This document shows, piece after piece, positions 1 to 7,867 of a stretch of DNA of 33,928 bases (position 1 is its first letter; each line of letters begins with the position of its first letter). The notes beneath the pieces are model-generated. The model did not search any database, was not told the origin of the DNA, and worked only from the letters and a program-made list of their open reading frames with translations. The translations under genes were made by a program, and so were the position numbers. This DNA is from an uncultured virus (IMG/VR IMGVR_UViG_2687453470_000001). Its lineage: Duplodnaviria > Heunggongvirae > Uroviricota > Caudoviricetes. The DNA is taken from the IMG/VR virus record IMGVR_UViG_2687453470_000001; one strand, 5' to 3'.

Positions 1-1
1 C

Positions 2-742
2 GGGGATTTCTGGTCTTATATTCCATTCACTTTTGTGGGGGCTATTGATAACTCTGAAGAGATTAAAAAGCCTCCATTGCTCCCATTGGCTAATCTTAAT
101 TTAGCTCATTATAGAGATAGTGCGGACTTTCAAGAGTCCGTTTTTTATATGGGCCAACCACAGTTTTATGCTAAGGGAGTTAATTGGGCTTGGTATGACG
201 AGGCTAAAAAGCGTGGCATTTATATCGGTGCGAAAGTTCTATTACCTTTACCTGAAAACGGTGATTTGGGGATTGTACAAGCAGATCCAAACACATTAGC
301 ACGGGAAGCTATGAAGGATAAGTGGGAGCAAATGAAGGAGCTTGGTGCTCGACTTATTGAAAAAGGTTCCGCAGCTAAAAAGACTGCTACTGAATCTAAC
401 AGTGATGATGCCGTGCAGCATTCCGTTCTTTCACTTTGTGTTGTGAATATGAATGAAGCTTTGTCTATGGCTTTACGTTGGGCTGCTAAATTTGTAGTAC
501 CTAATGTTGATGTTCTGACTAAAGATGAACTGATGTTCGAAATTAGTCAGGAATTTAACAAGCAAGGTTATTTAGCTGAGTTGGCTCGTCAATTGTTTGA
601 AGCAGCTTTACAAGGTAGATCTTCATTTAAATCATGGTGGGAATACAACCAAACAGGTATGTTCCCTAAACAAAAATATGAAGAAGAGCTTCAGAATGTT
701 GAAGCAGAGCAAGATGGGACTTTAAATCAAAAGGTAGAGTGA
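2..742 (+). CDS. Phage portal protein (DUF4055-like), C-terminal part, 5'-truncated by the window edge
   Basis: Frame is open from position 2 (GDFWSYIPFTFVGAIDN...); motifs PPLLPLANLNLAHYRDSAD and LGARL..KTATE; lies directly upstream of the minor head gene. Confidence 0.85.
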   Translation, partial: GDFWSYIPFTFVGAIDNSEEIKKPPLLPLANLNLAHYRDSADFQESVFYMGQPQFYAKGVNWAWYDEAKKRGIYIGAKVLLPLPENGDLGIVQADPNTLAREAMKDKWEQMKELGARLIEKGSAAKKTATESNSDDAVQHSVLSLCVVNMNEALSMALRWAAKFVVPNVDVLTKDELMFEISQEFNKQGYLAELARQLFEAALQGRSSFKSWWEYNQTGMFPKQKYEEELQNVEAEQDGTLNQKVE

Positions 743-743
743 G

Positions 744-1847
744 ATGGCAACAGATATCAAAAAACTATTTGAAGTACTCACTCAGCACCAGGCCTATCTT
801 TATCGTGCTTCATCAAAAACGGTAAATGAGTTATTGGCTTTATTCAATGATGATACGAGCAAGATGCTATCTAAGCTTCGGGATTTATTGGATGAGCTTA
901 ATGAGTCGGAGAAAGTTGCTTTAGCTGGTGGTAAATATACAACTTCAAATTTAAGGGAAATTAGGGATTTGATTGCCCAATGGTTTGCCAGTGTTAATTT
1001 AGCATTACCTGAAGCTTTTGCCGTTTCTGCTACGGCGCTGGCTGTTTATGAGGCCAATTACGTAGCTAAGCTCTATGGAGCAAAAATTAATAAGCCTGAT
1101 GGGGAAAAACTATTCTTATCCGCTAAAAAAGTTCCGTTGGCAGGTGGCGCTCTTGTCGATGATCTGCTTTCAAGAATTGCTGAAAGTGCCCGTCAAAAGG
1201 TTGAGTATGCAATTCGAGATGGTATTAATTCAGGCAAAACTAACCAAGAAATTGTTCAGCGTATTCGTGGTACCAAACGGCTTAACTATGAAGATGGGAT
1301 CTTAAATGGTACCAAAACTGATATTGAGCGAACGGTAAGAACTGTGCGAAGTCATGTAGCTAATCAAGCCTATCTAAATAGCTTCAACCAAATTGGCTTT
1401 GAATATGTCCGATTTGTTAGCGTTTTAGATGGACGAACTTCTAAGCTTTGCGCTTCATTAGATGGTTCAGTGTGGGAAATAAATGATCCGGCAAAGCGAG
1501 TGCCGCCGTTACATCCTAACTGTCGCAGTATCTTGGTTCCGGTCGAGAAGGACGGTCAACTTGTTGGCGAACGGCCATTTGTAATGGACGAACGTAGAGT
1601 TAAAGACATCCCCAAAGAAGAGCGAAGCCAGTTAATAGGACAGTTAGATGCAAACACCACATTCAAAGAGTTCTTTAAGAAAACAGATGATTTCTTTCAA
1701 AGGGAGTGGCTAGGGCCAAAGCGCTTTAAGCTCTATAAAGATGGGAAATTTGATTTTGATAAGTTCTTTGATCCTGAAGGCCGTTTCTATAGCTTAGATG
1801 ATTTGAGAAAGTTGGATGAAAAAGCTTTTAAAAAGTTGGGTCTGTAA
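744..1847 (+). CDS. Minor capsid / head morphogenesis protein (SPP1 gp7 / Mu F family)
   Basis: LDGRTS..C..LDG and PPLHPNCRS motifs; follows portal. Confidence 0.9.
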   Translation: MATDIKKLFEVLTQHQAYLYRASSKTVNELLALFNDDTSKMLSKLRDLLDELNESEKVALAGGKYTTSNLREIRDLIAQWFASVNLALPEAFAVSATALAVYEANYVAKLYGAKINKPDGEKLFLSAKKVPLAGGALVDDLLSRIAESARQKVEYAIRDGINSGKTNQEIVQRIRGTKRLNYEDGILNGTKTDIERTVRTVRSHVANQAYLNSFNQIGFEYVRFVSVLDGRTSKLCASLDGSVWEINDPAKRVPPLHPNCRSILVPVEKDGQLVGERPFVMDERRVKDIPKEERSQLIGQLDANTTFKEFFKKTDDFFQREWLGPKRFKLYKDGKFDFDKFFDPEGRFYSLDDLRKLDEKAFKKLGL

Positions 1848-1865
1848 TTTTTCTTATGTTATATT
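1836..1865 (+). promoter_or_regulatory. Possible sigma70 extended -10 promoter for the secreted-protein moron
   Basis: TTGGGT (1836-1841), 18 bp spacer, TGtTATATT (1857-1865) upstream of ATG 1892. Confidence 0.35.
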
Positions 1866-1891
1866 TTTTAAAACATCAGAATTTATACAAT

Positions 1892-2284
1892 ATGAAAACA
1901 ATAGCTTTTGTATGTCTAACCCTAATTTCCATCACTTGTTTAGCTGAACCAAGTCAAAAATATCTTAAAGAATATGATCGATTGTCTGAAGCTTTGGAGT
2001 CAGCAATGGCAAATGCATATTCTTTTGATCCTGCAACTGGTCAAGTAAAACAGGCTACTCAAGGTTTAGAAGCTAAAAATAATTTATGTAGAGCTGCCCA
2101 GGCGAAACTAAACCTCACCACGTTTTTAAAAGACAATTTAGAGGAATCTAAAGAGCTTTATAAATCTATTGATGGTGCAGAGACTCTAGATAAAAATTAT
2201 CTTAGTGGACAACAGCAGGAACAACAAAATCTCGTTTCAAATTTGAAAAAAGACCTTGTTGGAACTGGATTTAACTGTGAGTAA
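1892..2284 (+). CDS. Secreted hypothetical protein (moron)
   Basis: Start at ATG 1892 gives a signal peptide MKTIAFVCLTLISITCLA|EP; helical mature part with two Cys; AT-rich; followed by a terminator. Confidence 0.7.
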   Translation: MKTIAFVCLTLISITCLAEPSQKYLKEYDRLSEALESAMANAYSFDPATGQVKQATQGLEAKNNLCRAAQAKLNLTTFLKDNLEESKELYKSIDGAETLDKNYLSGQQQEQQNLVSNLKKDLVGTGFNCE

Positions 2285-2340
2285 TTATTGCCGATTACAG
2301 GTAATTCTAAACTCACTTAAGACACAATTTTCACCTATAT

Positions 2341-2361
2341 AAGCGCCCAAATGGCGCTTTT
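2341..2361 (+). terminator. Intrinsic terminator
   Basis: AAGCGCC-caaat-GGCGCTT followed by short T run. Confidence 0.6.
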
Positions 2362-2382
2362 GTCATTTATGGAGTTTGGCTT

Positions 2383-2625
2383 ATGAGTGAATCAAAAGTT
2401 AGACATTTGGTACTTAAAAGAGTTTCAGATAAATCTTCTCATCTTGCTCTTTGTGACGAGGAAACAGGTATTCCATTAGCTGGATTAACCGCTGTAAAAA
2501 TGAATTGTAGTGTTTTTGAGGGTCCAGCGACTATCACGGCAACATTTGATGTAGGTGGTCCTCAAGGCATCCGCTTAGTTGGTGATGAACCTAGACAAAA
2601 GGTTTGGAGTGCAAAGGAAACGTAG
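2383..2625 (+). CDS. Hypothetical phage protein (80 aa)
   Basis: ORF with GGAG RBS upstream; no recognisable motif. Confidence 0.6.
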   Translation: MSESKVRHLVLKRVSDKSSHLALCDEETGIPLAGLTAVKMNCSVFEGPATITATFDVGGPQGIRLVGDEPRQKVWSAKET

Positions 2626-2809
2626 CGAAAGGCACTACAAATGCCTGAAAAGCAAATCAATATGTCAGATGCTCAATATATTCTGAGCACAAAATGAATT
2701 CTGGTGCCATTTCTTCAAATTAAGGTTTCAAGCCATGGCAATTTATGGTTTTACTTTTGAAAGATTAAAAGCAATTGCACTCATCAAATAGAACTTAATT
2801 TTTAACCAT

Positions 2810-2831
2810 AGCACCTTCGGGTGCTTTTTTT
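2810..2831 (+). terminator. Intrinsic terminator
   Basis: AGCACC-TTCG-GGTGCT plus T tract. Confidence 0.85.
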
Positions 2832-2842
2832 GCGAGAAGAAA

Positions 2843-3034
2843 ATGCCAAGCCCTATTATCCAATATTTCCAATATGAACATTTACCTGAACATTTGCAGC
2901 AAGTTAGTAAGCCAATTGGTGATTTAGCTCGGCAAATGGATGAGCAACTTCCTGACGGGCCTGAAAAATCCACAGGATTAAGAAAGCTACTTGAAGCAAA
3001 AGATGCATTTGTACGCCAAGCTTTAAGTAAATAA
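2843..3034 (+). CDS. Small helical-hairpin protein, possibly of the Acb2/Tad1-like nucleotide-sponge fold
   Basis: YFQYEHLP, helix, LPDGPEKSTGLRKLLEAKDAFVR; resembles the F.YH.P...P..REKS.A.TKLEEA pattern of that hairpin family; flanked by terminators. Confidence 0.55.
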   Translation: MPSPIIQYFQYEHLPEHLQQVSKPIGDLARQMDEQLPDGPEKSTGLRKLLEAKDAFVRQALSK

Positions 3035-3049
3035 TCATTTATAGAAATG

Positions 3050-3073
3050 AAGCGTCCTAAAGGGCGCTTTTTT
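3050..3073 (+). terminator. Intrinsic terminator
   Basis: AAGCGTCC-taaa-GGGCGCTT plus T tract. Confidence 0.8.
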
Positions 3074-3080
3074 ATTGCCT

Positions 3081-3147
3081 GCCGAAAGCGGATGCTAACG
3101 GCGAATCCGGGCGGATGCCCATTTTGTATATATAGGTTGGATGACCA
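3081..3147 (+). promoter_or_regulatory. Structured leader of the scaffold gene with three GGAT-loop hairpins
   Basis: AGC-GGAT-GCT (3087-3096, inside GCCG/CGGC), GGGC-GGAT-GCCC (3109-3120), GGTT-GGAT-GACC (3135-3146, over the RBS). Confidence 0.6.
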
Positions 3148-3915
3148 ATGAAACTTAAAACAGTAACAATCGACGGTAAAGTTTATGCGGAAGTAGACGG
3201 TGATAAGCCGATCTATATTCATGATGACGGCAAAGAAATGCCACATGATGCACCACACTCGGTAGCAACAATTGCACGCTTAAACAATGAAGCTAAAACA
3301 CATCGTGAAGCCAAAGAAGCAGCCGAAAAAGCATTAAAAGCTTTTGAAGGAATTGAAGACCCAGCGGCAGCTAAAAAGGCATTACAAACAATCCAAAATC
3401 TCGATGATAAAAAGCTGGTGGATGCCGGTGAAGTTGAGAAAGTTAAAGCTGAAGCTATCAAAGCAGTTGAGGAAAAATATGCCCCGATTGTTGAGCAACG
3501 TGATGCTCTTGAGGCCTCATTGCATAAAGAGCTAATCGGCGGTGGTTTTGCTCGTTCTAAGTACATTCAAGACAACATTGCAGTACCTGTGGATATGGTG
3601 CAAGCGACCTTTGGTCATCACTTCAAAATCGAAGAGGGCAAGGTGGTTGCATATGACCAGAACGGCGAAAAGATTTATTCACGTGTACGCCCAGGTGAAC
3701 TTGCAAATGTTGATGAAGCTTTAGAGTCATTGGTTGGTGGATACCAGCATAAAGACTTAATTCTTAAAGGTGGTAAAGGGACTGGTGGAGGTTTCCAAAG
3801 CGGGGGCAAAGGTGGAGCACCTACTGGAATGAAACGCAGTGAAATGTCTGTTTCTCAGAAAGCAGATTACATCAAAGAACATGGCAATGATGCCTTCCTA
3901 AAACTACCGAACTAA
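3148..3915 (+). CDS. Capsid scaffolding protein (DUF6651-like)
   Basis: Coiled-coil N-terminal half, Gly-rich linker and KADYIKEHG..AFLKLP C-terminus typical of scaffolds; immediately before the capsid gene. Confidence 0.85.
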   Translation: MKLKTVTIDGKVYAEVDGDKPIYIHDDGKEMPHDAPHSVATIARLNNEAKTHREAKEAAEKALKAFEGIEDPAAAKKALQTIQNLDDKKLVDAGEVEKVKAEAIKAVEEKYAPIVEQRDALEASLHKELIGGGFARSKYIQDNIAVPVDMVQATFGHHFKIEEGKVVAYDQNGEKIYSRVRPGELANVDEALESLVGGYQHKDLILKGGKGTGGGFQSGGKGGAPTGMKRSEMSVSQKADYIKEHGNDAFLKLPN

Positions 3916-3942
3916 TCATTAAATATTTGGAGATAAGTAGTT

Positions 3943-4899
3943 ATGACTACAACAGTTAATTCAGACATGATCATCTACAACCAATTGGCTCAAACTGCTT
4001 ATTTAGAGCGTTTGCAAGACAATTTGAACGTATTTAACCAGGCCTCTAATGGTGCAATTGTATATCGCAATGAGATTATTGAAGGTGATTTCAATAAAGA
4101 GGCATTTTACAAAGTGGGCGGTAGCATCAAGCATCGTGATGTGAATTCAACCGCCAAAGTAGTGCCTGAGAAGATTGGGTCTGGTGAATCTGTAGGCGTA
4201 AAAGTCCCATATAAATATGGTCCTTATGCTTCAACCGAAGAGGCATTCAAACGCCGTGCACGCACACCTGAAGAGTTTGCCATGATTCTTGGTTATGATT
4301 TAGCAGATGCATTAGTTGCAGGACGTTTACAGTACAGTTTAGCCTCCTTAAAAGCAGCTATTTCTAGCAACCCGGATATGGTTGCCAAAGGCAGTATTGC
4401 TGTAGATGGGCGTAAAGCATTAACACGTGGTATGCGTAAGTTTGGCGATAAGTTTGGACGTATTAGTTTATGGGTAATGAACTCAGATACTTATTTCGAT
4501 ATTGTCGATGATGCAATCACTAATCAAATTTATGGCGAATCTGAAATCGTTATCTATGGTGGTTTACCGGGTACCTTAGGTAAGCCGGTATTGGTTACAG
4601 ATGCCGTAGGTGATGATGATGCATTTGGTTTGCAAATGGGTGCAGTTACTGTTACAGAATCACAAGTACCAGGCTTCCGCGCGTATGACATCAATGATGA
4701 AGAAAACTTGGCAATCGGTATGCGTGCTGAGGGTACATTTAACCTAGATATTCTTGGTTATAGCTGGGATACATCAAAAGGTGAAAACCCTGACCTTACT
4801 TTACTTGGTTCAAGTGCCAACTGGAAAAAACATGCTACTAGCAACAAAATGACAGCAGGCACATTGCTTGATCTATCTGGCACAACAACAACTGGTTAA
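3943..4899 (+). CDS. Major capsid protein
   Basis: 318 aa after the scaffold; WVMNS..Y..IV and GTLGKPVLVTD motifs of HK97-fold capsids; followed by a terminator. Confidence 0.9.
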   Translation: MTTTVNSDMIIYNQLAQTAYLERLQDNLNVFNQASNGAIVYRNEIIEGDFNKEAFYKVGGSIKHRDVNSTAKVVPEKIGSGESVGVKVPYKYGPYASTEEAFKRRARTPEEFAMILGYDLADALVAGRLQYSLASLKAAISSNPDMVAKGSIAVDGRKALTRGMRKFGDKFGRISLWVMNSDTYFDIVDDAITNQIYGESEIVIYGGLPGTLGKPVLVTDAVGDDDAFGLQMGAVTVTESQVPGFRAYDINDEENLAIGMRAEGTFNLDILGYSWDTSKGENPDLTLLGSSANWKKHATSNKMTAGTLLDLSGTTTTG

Positions 4900-4918
4900 C
4901 TCATAAACATCTCACTAT

Positions 4919-4943
4919 AAGAGGGCTATTAAGCCCTCTTTTT
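4919..4943 (+). terminator. Intrinsic terminator
   Basis: AAGAGGGCT-atta-AGCCCTCTT plus T tract. Confidence 0.85.
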
Positions 4944-4963
4944 ACATTTAAGAGAAATGCATC

Positions 4964-5629
4964 ATGAAGCTAATTTATACACGTATTGCTGCTGCAGCTG
5001 CGTTAGAGGTTGGAACTATTGCCAATCCTGATTATTACGAACATCCGAATCGAAGTGCTGAAGAAGTAATTATTTACGGTGATTACCCGAAAATCCAAAA
5101 TGATTACCAAGCTCTGGATATTCCTGTTGAAGTTCGCAAATTGGAAGAGCCTGCAAAAACGACATTGGCCACTGTAAATGTAGCGGTTGGAATTACTCCA
5201 GAGCTGCAAGAAGTTATTGATAAAACTAAAGCTGAGTGTGAAAAGGTTGTTGAGGAAAACGGGCAACTTAAACAGAAAATCGAAATCTTGGAACAAGCTA
5301 GTGGTGATAGTTCGGAGTTAATTTCTGAAAACTCACGTTTAAAAGATGCTGTACTCCAAGCTGACAATGCTACTAAAGCGGCTGAAGAAAAGGTAGTAAG
5401 CATTCAAGCAGAGTTTGATGCTTTTAAAAATGATGTTGCTGCTATGCAAGCGCGTATTGCTGAATTGGAAGCTGGAAAAGCGGCAGAAAATTCAGCAACA
5501 GAAACGGCAGCTAATGATTTTGAAAACTGGTCAAATGATCAATTAAAAGAGTATTTGGCTAGTAAAAACATTGGTTACAAACCGTCTGCAACAAAAGCAG
5601 AACTCCTTAAATTAATCCCGAAGGAATAA
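4964..5629 (+). CDS. Coiled-coil protein with C-terminal HeH/LEM-like nucleic-acid-binding motif
   Basis: C-terminus WSNDQLKEYLASKNIGYKPSATKAELLKLI; long heptad-rich middle; usual post-capsid position. Confidence 0.7.
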   Translation: MKLIYTRIAAAAALEVGTIANPDYYEHPNRSAEEVIIYGDYPKIQNDYQALDIPVEVRKLEEPAKTTLATVNVAVGITPELQEVIDKTKAECEKVVEENGQLKQKIEILEQASGDSSELISENSRLKDAVLQADNATKAAEEKVVSIQAEFDAFKNDVAAMQARIAELEAGKAAENSATETAANDFENWSNDQLKEYLASKNIGYKPSATKAELLKLIPKE

Positions 5630-5633
5630 TGCA

Positions 5634-6023
5634 ATGAGCTTTATTACTGTAGATGACGCAAATTCAATTTTGGGCAGCGATTTTGCACCAGACAGTGATA
5701 AAGCTCGTCTGGTAAAGCTGGCTAATGTTTGGATGAAAAAACGGATTGGTTTTGTACCAGATCCTATTGATCCACTTCTTAAAGACGCGGCTTGTGAAAT
5801 TATCAAAGGAATTCTGGCCAAAGTAATTTATAACGGCAAAGACCAGCAGTTGAAACGTAAGAAAGTTAAAGCTGATTCTGTTGAGTCAGAAAAAGAATAT
5901 CAGGACGGATCTGAAGCAATCTCTAGCTTTGAACAGATAGCAATTGATTTTATTGATTCACTTGAATTGAAAGATCCAAATGCAAGTTTTAATGGCTTTG
6001 GCATACCACTTTACAGGGCATGA
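5634..6023 (+). CDS. Head-tail connector / adaptor protein
   Basis: SFITVDDA...LKDAACE...KKVKADSVESEKEY pattern and position. Confidence 0.7.
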   Translation: MSFITVDDANSILGSDFAPDSDKARLVKLANVWMKKRIGFVPDPIDPLLKDAACEIIKGILAKVIYNGKDQQLKRKKVKADSVESEKEYQDGSEAISSFEQIAIDFIDSLELKDPNASFNGFGIPLYRA

Positions 6024-6024
6024 T

Positions 6025-6393
6025 ATGGGCTTACGTGACGAAATTCAGGCAGATATTGCTGAAGCATTTAATGAGGATCTGGCGGATGCGGTCCAAACAT
6101 TTACATGTGACAGGGTTGTTAGTACCAACTGGAACCCTAAAACAAACACCTCTGAAAATGTCATTGAGCATTATGAGGGGCGTGGCGTTCTGTTTGGCTC
6201 ATACAATCAATATGAAATACAAACTCTCGGAGTACTGGCCACAGATAAAAAGGCAACTGTGCTGCAGAATGAAGTTACCAAAGAGCCGATGATTGATGAC
6301 GAATGGAGTACGGCGCAAGGTACATATCGCATCATGCATATCAAACAAGATCCAATCAGTGCAAGCTGGAAATGTCAGCTTCGAAAAGTGTAG
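6025..6393 (+). CDS. Head closure / head-tail joining protein
   Basis: ATG 6025 directly after the previous stop; C-terminal QDP..ASWKCQLRK typical of stopper proteins. Confidence 0.7.
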   Translation: MGLRDEIQADIAEAFNEDLADAVQTFTCDRVVSTNWNPKTNTSENVIEHYEGRGVLFGSYNQYEIQTLGVLATDKKATVLQNEVTKEPMIDDEWSTAQGTYRIMHIKQDPISASWKCQLRKV

Positions 6394-6401
6394 GGGCTAA
6401 A

Positions 6402-6806
6402 ATGGTTAATACCGAATATGTTCAAGAGTGGTACATCACACCTTTTCAGCATGTGCAATACACGCTTGCTAGAAATCAGCTTCACATGGATTTGTTATTT
6501 GAAGATATGGATGAAGCTGATCAATTTTTGGATATGGGAGCGGATGCACAGGTTAGTACTTTTTCTGATGGTGCATATGCAATCGTCCAAATTGGTGATA
6601 CGGCGGATAAAGACAAAATTCAAGTATATGGATTGCTTTTACATGAAGCGGTTCACGTTTGGCAAATAGTAAAGAAGCGAATGGGTGAAAGTGAACCAAG
6701 TGTTGAGTTTGAAGCATATTCAATTCAAGCGATCGCTCAAGACCTATTTGAAATGTACGAAGCAAGCGAGGTGAGCAATGGGATGGAAGGGGAAAAAGCC
6801 GACTAG
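6402..6806 (+). CDS. Putative zinc metallopeptidase-like protein (HExxH...E)
   Basis: LLLHEAVHVWQ followed by EFEAY; ATG 6402 has an AGGGG RBS. Confidence 0.6.
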   Translation: MVNTEYVQEWYITPFQHVQYTLARNQLHMDLLFEDMDEADQFLDMGADAQVSTFSDGAYAIVQIGDTADKDKIQVYGLLLHEAVHVWQIVKKRMGESEPSVEFEAYSIQAIAQDLFEMYEASEVSNGMEGEKAD

Positions 6807-7146
6807 CTTTAGTGTTGATGTGGTGAAAAATGCTGAAGAACAAGTAAAGAAAATCACGATGGATACCGTGCAATCACTTGTAGTTTCGAGTCCAGTTGAT
6901 ACAGGTGCTTACAGAGCTTCTCATATCGTATCTATTGGAACTGCTGATTATGGTGTTCGTGAACCATCAACTAATCCAGTTCAAGATGCAGCAGTTCAAG
7001 CAGTCAAGTTTAAGCTTGGAAATCTGATCTTTATTCAAAACAACAAAGCCTATGGTCCGCGATTAGAAAACGGTTGGTCTGATCAAGCACCTCTTGGTAT
7101 TTACAGCACTACTTTCACTTACATTACTCAAAAATATGGTGGCTAA
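6778..7146 (+). CDS. HK97 gp10-family tail completion / neck protein
   Basis: SPVDTGAYRASH and Y..RLENGWSDQAP.G motifs. Confidence 0.85.
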   Translation: MGWKGKKPTSFSVDVVKNAEEQVKKITMDTVQSLVVSSPVDTGAYRASHIVSIGTADYGVREPSTNPVQDAAVQAVKFKLGNLIFIQNNKAYGPRLENGWSDQAPLGIYSTTFTYITQKYGG

Positions 7147-7147
7147 G

Positions 7148-7546
7148 ATGCCAATGACATTAGAGCAAGCTAGACAAGCAATAGTCGACCGTATGATGGC
7201 CTTTACAGGAATTTCTCAAGAAAGAATCCATTATCCAAATGCACCAGGCTTCTTAGCACCAGCAAAGGGCTTATGGTGCCGCTTAACCATTAAATGGGGT
7301 CCAAGTTTCATTGCTGGGTTAGCCGATACACCCTGTACTCGACGTACTGGGAATATCTTGATTCAATGCTTTGCAAGACCAGACACGGGAGACCAGGCAA
7401 TAACCATTCTAAGTGTTGCATTACTTTCACATTTTGAATATTTCAGGATTGGGCATTTAGAATGCTTTCAAGGTCAAACGATAGATGCGGGTAAAGATGC
7501 TGACTTTCTGCAGTACAATGTGACGATTGGATTTACGGTGAATTGA
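7148..7546 (+). CDS. Tail terminator protein
   Basis: I.YPN...W.RLTI...G.I.IQCFA motifs; lies between the gp10-like and tail tube genes. Confidence 0.75.
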   Translation: MPMTLEQARQAIVDRMMAFTGISQERIHYPNAPGFLAPAKGLWCRLTIKWGPSFIAGLADTPCTRRTGNILIQCFARPDTGDQAITILSVALLSHFEYFRIGHLECFQGQTIDAGKDADFLQYNVTIGFTVN

Positions 7547-7547
7547 T

Positions 7548-7760
7548 ATGTCTTACATGCTGACGCTAGAAGAAATTGAAATTAAAAAACAAGAGCTTGA
7601 ACGACACTTGGCAGATGTAATGGCTAAGGAGCTAAGTAAATGGCAGTTGTCTAATAAATTATGTATTTCTGATGTAAAAATTCGCCTCGCTAATGTTAAT
7701 AGCATAAATGGACCAAATTTAAATATTGTTACTGGAGTAAGTGTTGATTTGGATGATTGA
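7548..7760 (+). CDS. Hypothetical protein (70 aa)
   Basis: ORF closely coupled to the upstream stop and followed by two terminators. Confidence 0.6.
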   Translation: MSYMLTLEEIEIKKQELERHLADVMAKELSKWQLSNKLCISDVKIRLANVNSINGPNLNIVTGVSVDLDD

Positions 7761-7780
7761 TATTAAGTTTTAAAGAAGTT

Positions 7781-7802
7781 ACCGCCTGAGGGCGGTTTTT
7801 TT
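7781..7802 (+). terminator. Intrinsic terminator
   Basis: ACCGCC-tgag-GGCGGT plus T tract. Confidence 0.85.
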
Positions 7803-7818
7803 ACGTCCCTAATTTTAT

Positions 7819-7842
7819 AGCCACCTTCGGGTGGCTTTTTTT
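7819..7842 (+). terminator. Second tandem intrinsic terminator
   Basis: AGCCACC-TTCG-GGTGGCT plus T tract. Confidence 0.85.
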
Positions 7843-7867
7843 ATGCCTAACGTCGGAGTATATAGAT

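Noticed and set aside
744..1847. MuF polymorphic toxin
   Set aside because: Only about 105 aa follow the HPNCRS motif and they look like the ordinary C-terminus; no toxin motif recognised
2743..3258. 171-aa minus-strand ORF
   Set aside because: Antisense to a credible gene, two terminators and the scaffold start; no protein-like motif
5980..7147. Longer ORF-track starts at 5980, 6303 and 7094 (also 1856, 8830, 10879, 29031)
   Set aside because: They overlap upstream genes, promoters or terminators; downstream ATGs have better RBS or coupling and family-typical N-termini
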